This document shows, in pieces, positions 1 to 8,583 of a stretch of 39,415 bases of DNA (position 1 is its first letter; each line of letters opens with the position of its first letter). This stretch comes from Candidatus Woesearchaeota archaeon. GTDB lineage: Archaea > Nanobdellota > Nanobdellia > SCGC-AAA011-G17 > JACPIM01. The stretch covers positions 6,700 to 46,114 of the forward strand of contig CAZPBI010000001.1 in the NCBI GenBank assembly GCA_964584825.1, written 5' to 3'. Under the pieces are notes generated by a model, which had not been told where the DNA came from, did not search any database, and saw only the letters and a program-made list of their open reading frames with translations. Made by a program: the position numbers and the translations under genes.

Positions 1-2
1 CA

Positions 3-383
3 ATAAATACAATAAAAGTAAAAACAAAAGATTTTGATTTACTGGGAAAAATTATTGATGTTGGTGTAGAAGCTGGTGTTAATAGAGTTGATAGTATACA
101 ATTTGAATTATCAGTAGAAAAAGAATCCGAAGCCAAAAAAGAAGCATTGGAAAAAGCTTCTAGAGATGCAAGAGAGAAAGCAGAAGCTACAGCCAAAGGC
201 CTAGGTGTCAAATTAGGAAAGCTTATTTCAGTAAGTACGCAAGATTATTATTACCAACCATATAGTTTCTTTGAAGGGGGAGTCGTTTTAGAAGCTGCAG
301 CTACAGTTAAATCAGCTCCTGTTATAAACCCACAAGAATTAGAAACTCGCGCTACAGTAAATGTAGTTTTTGGATTAGAATAG
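3..383 (+). CDS. SIMPL/DUF541-like secreted protein, C-terminal part (5' end outside window)
   Basis: Frame 3 is open from the window edge. The translation ...NRVDSIQFELSVEKESEAKKEALEKASRDAREKAEATAKGLGVKLGKLISV... resembles the C-terminal half of SIMPL/DUF541 proteins as I recall them. Track ORF 147..383 is only the part after an internal Met. Confidence 0.5.
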   Translation: MNTIKVKTKDFDLLGKIIDVGVEAGVNRVDSIQFELSVEKESEAKKEALEKASRDAREKAEATAKGLGVKLGKLISVSTQDYYYQPYSFFEGGVVLEAAATVKSAPVINPQELETRATVNVVFGLE

Positions 384-414
384 GTTTAAAAACTTCTTTT
401 TATTTCTTTAATTT

Positions 415-1068
415 ATGAGATTCAATAAACATTGGTCCTTAAAATTAGTAGGAATACTAATAGCAATTTTTATTTTCCAATTAATATTCCCTCTTATTAC
501 AGATGTATTCATTTTAAAATCATCTGATATCTTAACAAGACCATGGATATTATTAACTAGCATATTCTTGCATGGAAGTTTGGGTCATTTATTATTAAAT
601 ATATTTGCATTGGCTTTATTCGGAAGCATTTTAGAAGAGATTATTGGCAGTAAAAGATTCATAATTATTTACTTAACTGGAGGAATTATTGCAAGCATAG
701 TATTTATTTTAGGGTTACCGATTTTATTTACTATTGGAATGCCAACATCTGGTAATGCATTAGGTGCTTCAGGTGCAATCTTCTCTATCCTAGGAATGTT
801 AGCTGTCTTACGCCCACATATTACTGTGTGGATTTCTTATATGCCGATGCCCATGTGGATTGCAGCCATAGTTTGGGCTGGACAAGATCTAATGGGTATT
901 TTTATTCCTGATAATGTAGCAAATTTCGCACATTTAGGTGGATTATTATTTGGAATTATTATTGGATTCTTTTATAAAGACAAGAAAATAAAAAAGAAAG
1001 GTAAAAAGAGTTTAATGTTAGGTAATAAAGAAATAGAAGAATGGGAAAGCAAAAACTTTAGAATTTAG
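415..1068 (+). CDS. Rhomboid-family intramembrane serine protease
   Basis: Multi-TM protein with the catalytic GxSG motif (GASGAIFSILG) and the downstream His in AHLGGLLFG. Also has the HGSLGHLLLN motif typical of rhomboids. Confidence 0.8.
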   Translation: MRFNKHWSLKLVGILIAIFIFQLIFPLITDVFILKSSDILTRPWILLTSIFLHGSLGHLLLNIFALALFGSILEEIIGSKRFIIIYLTGGIIASIVFILGLPILFTIGMPTSGNALGASGAIFSILGMLAVLRPHITVWISYMPMPMWIAAIVWAGQDLMGIFIPDNVANFAHLGGLLFGIIIGFFYKDKKIKKKGKKSLMLGNKEIEEWESKNFRI

Positions 1069-1105
1069 CAAAATTTATAAAGAAAATTATTAAAAATTAA
1101 CATAC

Positions 1106-1735
1106 ATGATTCCTGATAATGTTTTTAATGATGTCATTGAAGAAATAGCTGGTCATGATATTATAAATCTTGTAAACGCTATAAAGGGAAAATCTAATGT
1201 TTCAGAATTTAAGATTGCTGATAAATTAAAAGTTAGTGTCAATAAAGTAAGAAATATGCTTTATAGACTAGATGCTTATAGCTTAGTTGATTCTGCAAGA
1301 AAAAAAGATAAGAAGAAAGGATGGTATGTTTATTATTGGACATTAGATCTAATAAAATTAAGAGATTTGGCTGTAAGAATAAAAAAAAATAAAATAAATC
1401 TAATGAAAGAAAGAATAGTCAAAGAAGAACAAGTTGAATTTTTTATTTGCCCAGATAAGCACATTAGAATTAGCTTAGAAAACGCAATGGAGTATAATTT
1501 CAGATGTCCCGAATGTGACTTACAACTACAAAGAGAGGATAATACTAAAGTAATAAACTCCTTAAAAAAACAAATAGAAAAATTATCACAAGAAGTTCAA
1601 TTACTCAAAAGCTTAGATATCAAGCATATTGTCGAAAAAAAATTGACAAAAGTAAAGAAAAAGTCAAAGAAGAGAACTAAGAAAATGAAGAAAAAATTAA
1701 GTAAAAAGAAGAATACTAAAAAGAAGAAAAAATAA
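1106..1735 (+). CDS. tfe: Transcription factor E (TFE / TFIIE-alpha homologue) with a poly-lysine C-terminal tail
   Basis: N-terminal winged helix (SEFKIADKLKVSVNKVRNMLYRLDAYSLVDSARKKDKKKGWYVYYWTLD) followed by a zinc-ribbon-like CPDKH...CPEC. The last ~35 aa are almost all Lys. Confidence 0.7.
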   Translation: MIPDNVFNDVIEEIAGHDIINLVNAIKGKSNVSEFKIADKLKVSVNKVRNMLYRLDAYSLVDSARKKDKKKGWYVYYWTLDLIKLRDLAVRIKKNKINLMKERIVKEEQVEFFICPDKHIRISLENAMEYNFRCPECDLQLQREDNTKVINSLKKQIEKLSQEVQLLKSLDIKHIVEKKLTKVKKKSKKRTKKMKKKLSKKKNTKKKKK

Positions 1736-2279
1736 TTCTAAAAATCCCAAATAAAACCTTTGACCCATCTAATGGTGGTATTGGTAACATATTGAATATA
1801 AACAAAAATAAATTAATCTTTTTTGTTAGATATAAAGTTACTGCCTGTCTTCTTGTTAATCTTTTTGCATTATTAAGTATCAAAGTAGCTACAAAGAAAA
1901 GTATTATGTTCACTAGTGGTCCTGCAAATGATGTTAATATTGATTGTAACTCTGTTGCCGTTCCACTAATACCAACATAACCAGGTGCAATAATTATAAA
2001 TGGGGAATGTATTAACTTAAGAAATATTGCAATGCCTAAACCCCACCAGAATACAAAAAAACTGGCAGTTAATCCAAAAGCAATTGCTACAAATTTATGT
2101 GCAAGCTCATGCAATATAACTCCTGGAGCAGAAACTAGTAAAGAAAATAAGAAATCCTTCCTACTAAGTTTATCTAAATATTTGCTATTGGGATCCCTAA
2201 CATAACCTAAAAAAATATATCCCATAGTAAACATTAAAACTATAAGATTAAATATCTCTGAAAATGTAAAAAATGCCAT
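1716..2279 (-). CDS. M50 (site-2 protease) family membrane metalloprotease
   Basis: HExxH in a TM segment (HELAHKF) plus the second M50 motif NMLPIPPLDGSKV. Polytopic membrane protein. Its 3' end overlaps tfe convergently by 20 nt. Confidence 0.75.
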   Translation of the reverse strand: MAFFTFSEIFNLIVLMFTMGYIFLGYVRDPNSKYLDKLSRKDFLFSLLVSAPGVILHELAHKFVAIAFGLTASFFVFWWGLGIAIFLKLIHSPFIIIAPGYVGISGTATELQSILTSFAGPLVNIILFFVATLILNNAKRLTRRQAVTLYLTKKINLFLFIFNMLPIPPLDGSKVLFGIFRIIFSSF

Positions 2280-2306
2280 AAATTTACTTTATTGATTCCA
2301 TTTAAA

Positions 2307-2819
2307 TTATTTTCTAATATTAAAATCCTCAAGCTCAAATAAGTAAAATAATGGATATTCAAAATCATCCTTAGTCCTTTTTAATACAACATAACAACCA
2401 CTAATTTTTGCTTTCGTTTGTGATATAATTATATTTATACTTTGTCTTAAAGTAGAACCTGTTGTAAATACATCATCCACTATTATTCCCTCTTCTAAGC
2501 AACTTGGGATATATCCTTCTACTAATCTTTTTGTTCCATGATCCTTTGGAATATTTCTCACAATTGTCAATTTTAAATTGAAATTATCTGAAATGGTAGT
2601 TGCTAGGGGCACACCCCCAATATCAGATGCAGCAACAAAATCTGGTTTTTTATTTATCATAAAATAGATTCTACTCGCCAGTTCACATCTAATCTCGGGA
2701 TTTCCGTAAGCTTTCTTGATATCATAATAGCAACGAGATTCTTGTCCAGATCTTAAGGTAAACAACATGTCATTTAATATAACTCCTTCATTAATTAATT
2801 TAGTAATTAAACTATCCAC
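2307..2819 (-). CDS. pyrE: Orotate phosphoribosyltransferase (type I PRTase)
   Basis: PRPP-binding loop IIVDDVFTTGST. Size (170 aa) and N-terminal FTLRSGQESRCYYD fit OPRT. Confidence 0.65.
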   Translation of the reverse strand: MDSLITKLINEGVILNDMLFTLRSGQESRCYYDIKKAYGNPEIRCELASRIYFMINKKPDFVAASDIGGVPLATTISDNFNLKLTIVRNIPKDHGTKRLVEGYIPSCLEEGIIVDDVFTTGSTLRQSINIIISQTKAKISGCYVVLKRTKDDFEYPLFYLFELEDFNIRK

Positions 2820-2891
2820 AAAATATGGTTTTTTTGGTATAATTTAAATATTTAGAGAGAGATTTATATATCTTAAAGTCTTATTACTACT

Positions 2892-4127
2892 ATGGTAAAA
2901 GTTCTAAATATAATCTACAATTCTAATCTAAAAAAACATTTAATGCAAAATCATGTTTTTGCTAGAAAAATTGTTAACTTTAAAATCAAAGATATTTACA
3001 AAGATGAATTTTTTTCTAATACTGCGCCTTCCACATTGGTTGGAAGCAAATTATGGCCTAAAGTTAATATTGGCATTTTAAGTCCTCCTGAAAAAAGGGA
3101 AGATGTATGGTTGTATGATGCTCAAAGATATTGGTCTGATAATAATTTTAACATCTACAAAATATTAGAATTTAGAAGTAGTCTAATTAATTCGAGATTT
3201 AGAACAGAAGTAACTGCTGCAAGACATAGTGGAAATAAGCTTATAGAATTAGCAAGAGAAATAGGAATGAGCAAAAACCCTGTTGATACAGAAGTAAAGT
3301 TAAAGAAAAAAATTAAGATTAAATTATATTTTGATGAGACAAGTTTGCCTATAGGAGCAAGAGGTAATTTAGAAAAACTAAAAATAGGCAACACAAAAGT
3401 TCCACAACATATTGAAAAAATTTATTCAGATACAGATATGAAGGCACTCGATGCTATAAAATATCTAAATAAACATGGATATGATGAACAAAAATTAAGT
3501 CAACTATTAAGCATTGGTATAATGGGACAAGAAAAGAGAAGGGTATTTGTTCCAACTAAATGGAGCATAACATCAACGCATTCAATGTTAGCTAATGATA
3601 AACTCTCTAAAATTAAAACATGCCCTATTTTAAATGAGTATAGATTTTTTTCTGGATCTTATTTAGGAAATTATTATTTTATATTATTTCTACCAGCAAT
3701 TTATAATTATGAATTATTTGAAACTTATATGCCAGGAAGCTTTTGGAATCCAACAATATTCATAAATATAAGTACTGATTTCGAACCATTTAAAGGAAGA
3801 ACAAAATATGTAGAACAGACTGCCGGCGGCTTTTATGCAACCAGATTGGGGCTAATTGAATACTTGGATAGAATTAAAAAACAAGCTTCTATTTTAGTTC
3901 TGAGAATAGAAAGTGAAGAATACTGGGCCGGCCTTGGCGTATGGGTTGTTCTCGAAAGTGTTAGAAAAACATTAATGAACCAACCAGAAATGTTCAATGA
4001 AAAATCTAAAGCTATTGAATTTTTTAAGAAAAAAATATTTGAAAGGTTTAGATTCGATGTTACAGAAACTTTATCCAAAAGTAAATTATTAGACTTAATT
4101 AAACAAAGAAAAATTAATGATTTTTAA
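2892..4127 (+). CDS. Nre-family (DUF650/DUF651) protein, putative DNA-repair/PCNA-associated
   Basis: APSTLVGSKLWPKVNIGILSPP matches the conserved Nre N-terminal block (sPPsvFVG..YP.V.vG) as I recall it. Length is about 400 aa. C-terminal QRKINDF is PIP-box-like. The N-terminal Cys4 motif is absent. Confidence 0.5.
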   Translation: MVKVLNIIYNSNLKKHLMQNHVFARKIVNFKIKDIYKDEFFSNTAPSTLVGSKLWPKVNIGILSPPEKREDVWLYDAQRYWSDNNFNIYKILEFRSSLINSRFRTEVTAARHSGNKLIELAREIGMSKNPVDTEVKLKKKIKIKLYFDETSLPIGARGNLEKLKIGNTKVPQHIEKIYSDTDMKALDAIKYLNKHGYDEQKLSQLLSIGIMGQEKRRVFVPTKWSITSTHSMLANDKLSKIKTCPILNEYRFFSGSYLGNYYFILFLPAIYNYELFETYMPGSFWNPTIFINISTDFEPFKGRTKYVEQTAGGFYATRLGLIEYLDRIKKQASILVLRIESEEYWAGLGVWVVLESVRKTLMNQPEMFNEKSKAIEFFKKKIFERFRFDVTETLSKSKLLDLIKQRKINDF

Positions 4128-4277
4128 TATAACTAATTTATTTTCCAACTACTAGCGATATGACAATTTCCATCATTTTACATTATTATATACTATATAC
4201 ATGGTTACCACTTAGCATTGTAATTTAGATGATACATTAAAAAAAGTAAAATTCTAGAAAGTTTAAATCGGAAAAAA

Positions 4278-5306
4278 TTATTTGATTTTTAGTTTTATAT
4301 CACTTATATGACAAATTCCAGTCTTCCTCATAATATCATCTAACTCATGGGCAACTTTCATCGCGAAAGTTGGTCCTCTATACACAAAACCAGTATAAGC
4401 TTGAAGTAAATTAGCACCCGCAAATAGCATTTCAAAAGCATCTGGCCCTGAAAAAATACCGCCTACGCCTATAATGGTTTTATTTGTTAGTTGTCTCAAT
4501 CTTATTATAGTATTTAAAGAGTCTTTTTGTAACGGTTTGCCACTTAAACCACCCTTTCCTAATATATTATCTGTACAAAGTTTTGTATTTGTTGCAACAT
4601 ATCCATCTACTTTATTATCTGCAACACTAACAATCCCTTTTAATACTTCATTTTCTAAATTAGGAGAAATTTTAATTAATAGGGGCCTACCTTTTCCTTC
4701 TGCCAATATCGCATTCAGCAACAATTCAAGATGTTCGGGATCTTCAAAAGTTTTTCCATCTTTTGTATTTGGGCAACTCAAGTTAATTTCTGTATAAATT
4801 CCTAAATTCTTTAATAATCTATAAGAATAAAGTATGTCATCAATAGCATCATCTACTTCCATATCCTGAAAAGGCGTTTGTTCTATGCTCAAAGCATAAT
4901 TATTCTTTCCTTCTAACCTACTTCCAATAATCTCTGCTCCATCATTATTCAAACCCATCCTATTCAAAAGACCCTTAACTTTAGACAATCTAAATAATCT
5001 AGGTTTATCATTTCCTATCCATCGCTTTGCAGTAACAGAGCCAACTACTTCCCCCCCAAACCCAAGTGATTGAACATGATCCACAAGTATTCCATTCTTA
5101 TCAAAACCAGCCGCCAATAATAAAGGAGAGTTGAACTTATATCCGAATAATTCTACTTTCAATAATTCATATTTATTAGAAGCATAATATTTAATGTTTT
5201 TAATTTGCTCTAATGCCTGTTCATGCATCCATTCTGCATCTAATCTAAAAATTATGGGCTTTAATATTGTATAAGCATATTGTAACAATTTTGGATTATT
5301 TTTCAT
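4278..5306 (-). CDS. pyrD: Dihydroorotate dehydrogenase (class-2-like architecture)
   Basis: LNRMGLNNDG, EINLSCPNT, GGLSGKPL and IIGVGGI motifs, plus the N-terminal FRLDAEWMHE extension typical of family-2 enzymes. Confidence 0.8.
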   Translation of the reverse strand: MKNNPKLLQYAYTILKPIIFRLDAEWMHEQALEQIKNIKYYASNKYELLKVELFGYKFNSPLLLAAGFDKNGILVDHVQSLGFGGEVVGSVTAKRWIGNDKPRLFRLSKVKGLLNRMGLNNDGAEIIGSRLEGKNNYALSIEQTPFQDMEVDDAIDDILYSYRLLKNLGIYTEINLSCPNTKDGKTFEDPEHLELLLNAILAEGKGRPLLIKISPNLENEVLKGIVSVADNKVDGYVATNTKLCTDNILGKGGLSGKPLQKDSLNTIIRLRQLTNKTIIGVGGIFSGPDAFEMLFAGANLLQAYTGFVYRGPTFAMKVAHELDDIMRKTGICHISDIKLKIK

Positions 5307-5499
5307 TTAATTCTGAAAATCCTATTATTATCAAAGCAACAGCTATTAACAAGATTAACCAAGATAATCCGCCAATAAACACAGTATAAATACTCTTCCA
5401 CAAAAATTGACTAAAACTTTGCCATATGCTAAAAAAAGTTAACCAAACTAAAGCTATTACTAAAATAAGCCCAATTAAAACTTGAATAATACCTTTCAT
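5296..5499 (-). CDS. Small membrane protein (2 TM), unknown function
   Basis: 67 aa with two hydrophobic helices. Its stop overlaps the pyrD start by 11 nt, suggesting co-transcription. No recognisable family. Confidence 0.4.
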   Translation of the reverse strand: MKGIIQVLIGLILVIALVWLTFFSIWQSFSQFLWKSIYTVFIGGLSWLILLIAVALIIIGFSELNEK

Positions 5500-5558
5500 T
5501 AGTTTTTATTAATTTAATGCCTTTAAAAATTTTTTTATTCAGTAGAATAATTTAAATA

Positions 5559-6725
5559 ATGAATAGTAGTAGTAATTTTATGCCTTATAACAAATTTAGA
5601 TTACTTCACTTCACTTTAAAAAGGGATTTAGAAGAAATTTACGCAAATTTATTTCTTAAAACATTCGCACTTTCATTAATAGCATTATTTATCCCTATCT
5701 ATTTAATAAAAGAAATTGGTTTTTCATTTAAAGATGTATTAATTTACCTCTTCTTTTTATTTTTATTTTTAGCAGTAGGTTATCCATTAGGTGCTTACTT
5801 AACAAATAAAATTGGCATAAGAAAAACAATAATGCTTAGTATCCCTTTCCATTTAGCATACTACCTTCTACTTTATGGATTAGAAGTTTATAAAATTCCA
5901 TTAATAGTTATAGGTGCATCATATGGCATAGCTGAAGGCATATTTTGGTTTGCATACAATATTAATTTTTCAAGATTTAGCGATAGAAAACATCGAGGTA
6001 GAGAAGTAAATTTGTGGTATGTAATTGCTAGTGGAATTGGTGTATTTGGTCCATTTGTGGGCGGCGCACTATTAAGTTATATGGATTTTTATATCGTATT
6101 TATTATAGTAATATTTTTGCTTATCCTTAGTATATTTCCATTAATTCATTTAAAAGATATACATTATAAAAATGAATTTTCATTGAAAAAATGTTTTAAT
6201 CTAAAATATTTTGATTTGGCACCACAATTCTTAATTCAAGGAGCGAGGCATTTAATCACTGGAATTTTTTGGCCATTATTTGTATTTTATATTGTTGAAG
6301 AATATTTCTCATTAGGATTTATCTTTTCATTAGCTTCTGTATTTTCATGTATTATAATATGGGTAATTGGAAATAAAATTGATCAATTTGATAAAAAAAT
6401 ATTTACAAATATTTCGAGTGCAATTCATGGCTTTGTTTCATTCATAAAAATTTTTGTAAAGACTTTTTCTCATGTCTACATAACAGCAATATTAAGTGCC
6501 ATTACCTATGGTGTAACAGAAGTCGCATTAAATGCAGTTACATTTGATAGAGCAAACAACAGTAAAAGAATTGAAGAATATTTTGTTTTCAGAGAATTTA
6601 TTTTAGCTTTAGGAAGGATATTTTTGATAATATTAATTCTCTTTTCAGGTTTAGATTTAATAGGCAGTTTAAAACTTAGTTTTATTTTACTTGCTGGTAT
6701 GAGTATATTACAGAAATTTTTATAA
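5559..6725 (+). CDS. Polytopic membrane transporter, MFS-like
   Basis: 388 aa and about 11-12 hydrophobic helices. Basic loop after TM2 (NKIGIRKT) resembles the MFS loop motif. Confidence 0.45.
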   Translation: MNSSSNFMPYNKFRLLHFTLKRDLEEIYANLFLKTFALSLIALFIPIYLIKEIGFSFKDVLIYLFFLFLFLAVGYPLGAYLTNKIGIRKTIMLSIPFHLAYYLLLYGLEVYKIPLIVIGASYGIAEGIFWFAYNINFSRFSDRKHRGREVNLWYVIASGIGVFGPFVGGALLSYMDFYIVFIIVIFLLILSIFPLIHLKDIHYKNEFSLKKCFNLKYFDLAPQFLIQGARHLITGIFWPLFVFYIVEEYFSLGFIFSLASVFSCIIIWVIGNKIDQFDKKIFTNISSAIHGFVSFIKIFVKTFSHVYITAILSAITYGVTEVALNAVTFDRANNSKRIEEYFVFREFILALGRIFLIILILFSGLDLIGSLKLSFILLAGMSILQKFL

Positions 6726-6807
6726 GAAAACTTTTTAAATGCTATTCCAAAATATTATATATAGATGTAGGTATTTGCTTGCCTGAATAAAAAATTGGAA
6801 GCTTAAT

Positions 6808-7374
6808 ATGGCATTATACAAAAGACTAAGAGAATTATGGCAAAGTCCAGAAATTGAGCCTATTCTAAGAAATTATATGATACAATGGCGTAGGGAACCA
6901 GTTATTTTAAGGATTGATAGGCCAACAAGACTAGACAGGGCAAGATCCTTGGGCTACAAAGCAAAAAAGGGGTTTATAGTTGTAAGAGTTCATATAAAAA
7001 GAGGTGGAAAGAAAAAACCTTTATTTAAGGGAGGCAGAAAAAGCAAGAAAATGCGAAGGCGCCTTGTTCTAAGCAAGAGTTACCAAGTCATTGCAGAACA
7101 AAGAACAAATAAAAACTTCGTTAACATGACTGTATTAAACTCATATTATTTAGCTAAAGATGGTCAAAGATATTATTTTGAAGTAATACTAGTTGATCCA
7201 GAAATAGTTAAAAATTATAAAGGATATGAATGGTTATCATATCCAGAACATAGAACTAGAGTTTACCATGGAAAAACAAGCGCAGGAAGAAAGAGTCGTG
7301 GACTTAGAGGAAAGGGCCACGGGAGAGAAAAAATACGTCCAAGTCTTAGGGCACACAACAGAAAAGGCAAGTAA
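6808..7374 (+). CDS. rpl15e: 50S ribosomal protein L15e
   Basis: MALYKRLRELWQ..., RPTRLDRARSLGYKAKKGFIVVRVHIKRGG and a basic C-terminus are typical of eL15. Confidence 0.9.
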   Translation: MALYKRLRELWQSPEIEPILRNYMIQWRREPVILRIDRPTRLDRARSLGYKAKKGFIVVRVHIKRGGKKKPLFKGGRKSKKMRRRLVLSKSYQVIAEQRTNKNFVNMTVLNSYYLAKDGQRYYFEVILVDPEIVKNYKGYEWLSYPEHRTRVYHGKTSAGRKSRGLRGKGHGREKIRPSLRAHNRKGK

Positions 7375-7427
7375 CTATTAAAAAAGATTTATATTTATTT
7401 AAAAGTTTAAATTAAAAAGAGGTAAAT

Positions 7428-8210
7428 ATGAAAAACAAATATTTCATAATGATCACTATAGCACTTGTTATAAGCATATTTACCTTAATCGATTCAAGAA
7501 ACGTATTTCTTGGTAACCTAGTTAATAGAGGCCATACTGGTTATTATACATTAGATAAATATGGTGAAGTTTATGTTACTGGCAGTGCAAAACATTTAGG
7601 AGATCTTGGTTTCAATGAAGATATTGGAGTAGATTTGGAAGTTGTAAAAAATGGGTATTATATTTTAGATAAATATGGCAAAGTATTTACATTTGGTGAA
7701 GCAGAATTCTTTGGAGAAGCGAATTTAGAAGAAAATGCAGTAGATTTAGAAATAGCAGCTAATGGTTACTACATTTTGGACTCAGAAGGAAGAGTTCATG
7801 ATTATGGTTTTGTTAATACATATGGTGAAACTGTAAATGGCAAATATACTGATATGAAATTAACAGATAATGGCTATTATTTATTAAAAGAAACCGGAGA
7901 AGTTGAAGCTTATGGCAATGCTATTTCCTACGGAGAAGAACTATTTAAGGCTAAATCTGTAAATATAGACTTAGTTCCTGGAGGTTATTATATTTTAGAC
8001 TATTTAGGTAATGTTCATAACTTTGGCAATGCTAAAAATTTTGGTTTTATTGAAACTGGAGAAGCTTTTGATTTAGAAGTAATTCCTAATTATAATGGTT
8101 ATTATATTCTTGATTGTCATGGAAATGTTCATTCATTCCAAGCCTTTGCCGGTTTTTACCCCCCAGAGTATAGTGATGACTGTAAATATATTGATATGGA
8201 ATTAGTCTAA
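7428..8210 (+). CDS. Secreted repeat protein (six ~38-40 aa NGYYILD..G.V..FG repeats), unknown function
   Basis: N-terminal signal/anchor helix followed by six tandem repeats. See the repeat feature and finding. Confidence 0.7.
   Translation: MKNKYFIMITIALVISIFTLIDSRNVFLGNLVNRGHTGYYTLDKYGEVYVTGSAKHLGDLGFNEDIGVDLEVVKNGYYILDKYGKVFTFGEAEFFGEANLEENAVDLEIAANGYYILDSEGRVHDYGFVNTYGETVNGKYTDMKLTDNGYYLLKETGEVEAYGNAISYGEELFKAKSVNIDLVPGGYYILDYLGNVHNFGNAKNFGFIETGEAFDLEVIPNYNGYYILDCHGNVHSFQAFAGFYPPEYSDDCKYIDMELV
7533..8207 (+). repeat. Six tandem coding repeats, consensus [DL]LE[IV]..NGYYILD..G.V..FG.A..FG
   Basis: Repeat cores: GYYTLDKYGEVYVTGSAKHLGD; NGYYILDKYGKVFTFGEAEFFGE; NGYYILDSEGRVHDYGFVNTYGE; NGYYLLKETGEVEAYGNAISYGE; GGYYILDYLGNVHNFGNAKNFG; NGYYILDCHGNVHSFQAFAGF. 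Confidence 0.8.
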
Positions 8211-8501
8211 AGGTTTTTTAGGTATTGTTCTTGTTATTTTAACACTGATTTTTTTCTTTGTAACAAGCGAATATAGTGCTAATAAGGATATTGTTACTAA
8301 AGCTAAAGCCAATATCGCAGAACCTATTAATAAGGCGCCCAAAAATACCAAAGGGAAAAATATTGCTAATATTATTCTATATTTTAATCTCAAAAATGGT
8401 ACTCCATTAATTGTTAAGCGAGAAGTTTTAACATAAATATAAAGTGATGTCAGCAATGCTATATACAATGCAATTTTTTGCCATAATTCAAGTTGTATCA
8501 T
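8202..8501 (-). CDS. Small membrane protein (3 TM), unknown function
   Basis: 99 aa, hydrophobic helices, basic C-terminus. No family recognised. Confidence 0.4.
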   Translation of the reverse strand: MIQLELWQKIALYIALLTSLYIYVKTSRLTINGVPFLRLKYRIILAIFFPLVFLGALLIGSAILALALVTISLLALYSLVTKKKISVKITRTIPKKPLD

Positions 8502-8583
8502 CCTAATTTGTATATCCTATCCTTTAATAAATATATTGGAAAATTACATAATTTATATAAATTGCTATTAAGTCGATTTTAGC

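Noticed and set aside
1792-1980. Many short track ORFs antisense to or nested in longer genes: 1792..1980, 3155..3394, 3833..4078, 4474..4797, 8823..9008, 9870..10253, 11269..11454, 11656..11850, 11978..12271, 16883..17065, 17120..17335, 18869..19087, 20765..21004, 24544..24840, 24943..25167, 31265..31639, 33965..34213, 33978..34190, 34451..34708, 34780..35043, 35431..35628.
   Set aside because: Each lies fully within a longer ORF on the opposite strand that has clear family motifs. Their translations are low-complexity Phe/Leu/Ile/Ser-rich, as expected for antisense frames in AT-rich DNA.
4128-4277. 22-codon hydrophobic mini-ORF (MTISIILHYYILYTWLPLSIVI) and possible terminator structures in the convergent spacer.
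   Set aside because: There is no start context or conservation evidence. The region is more simply an AT-rich convergent termination zone.
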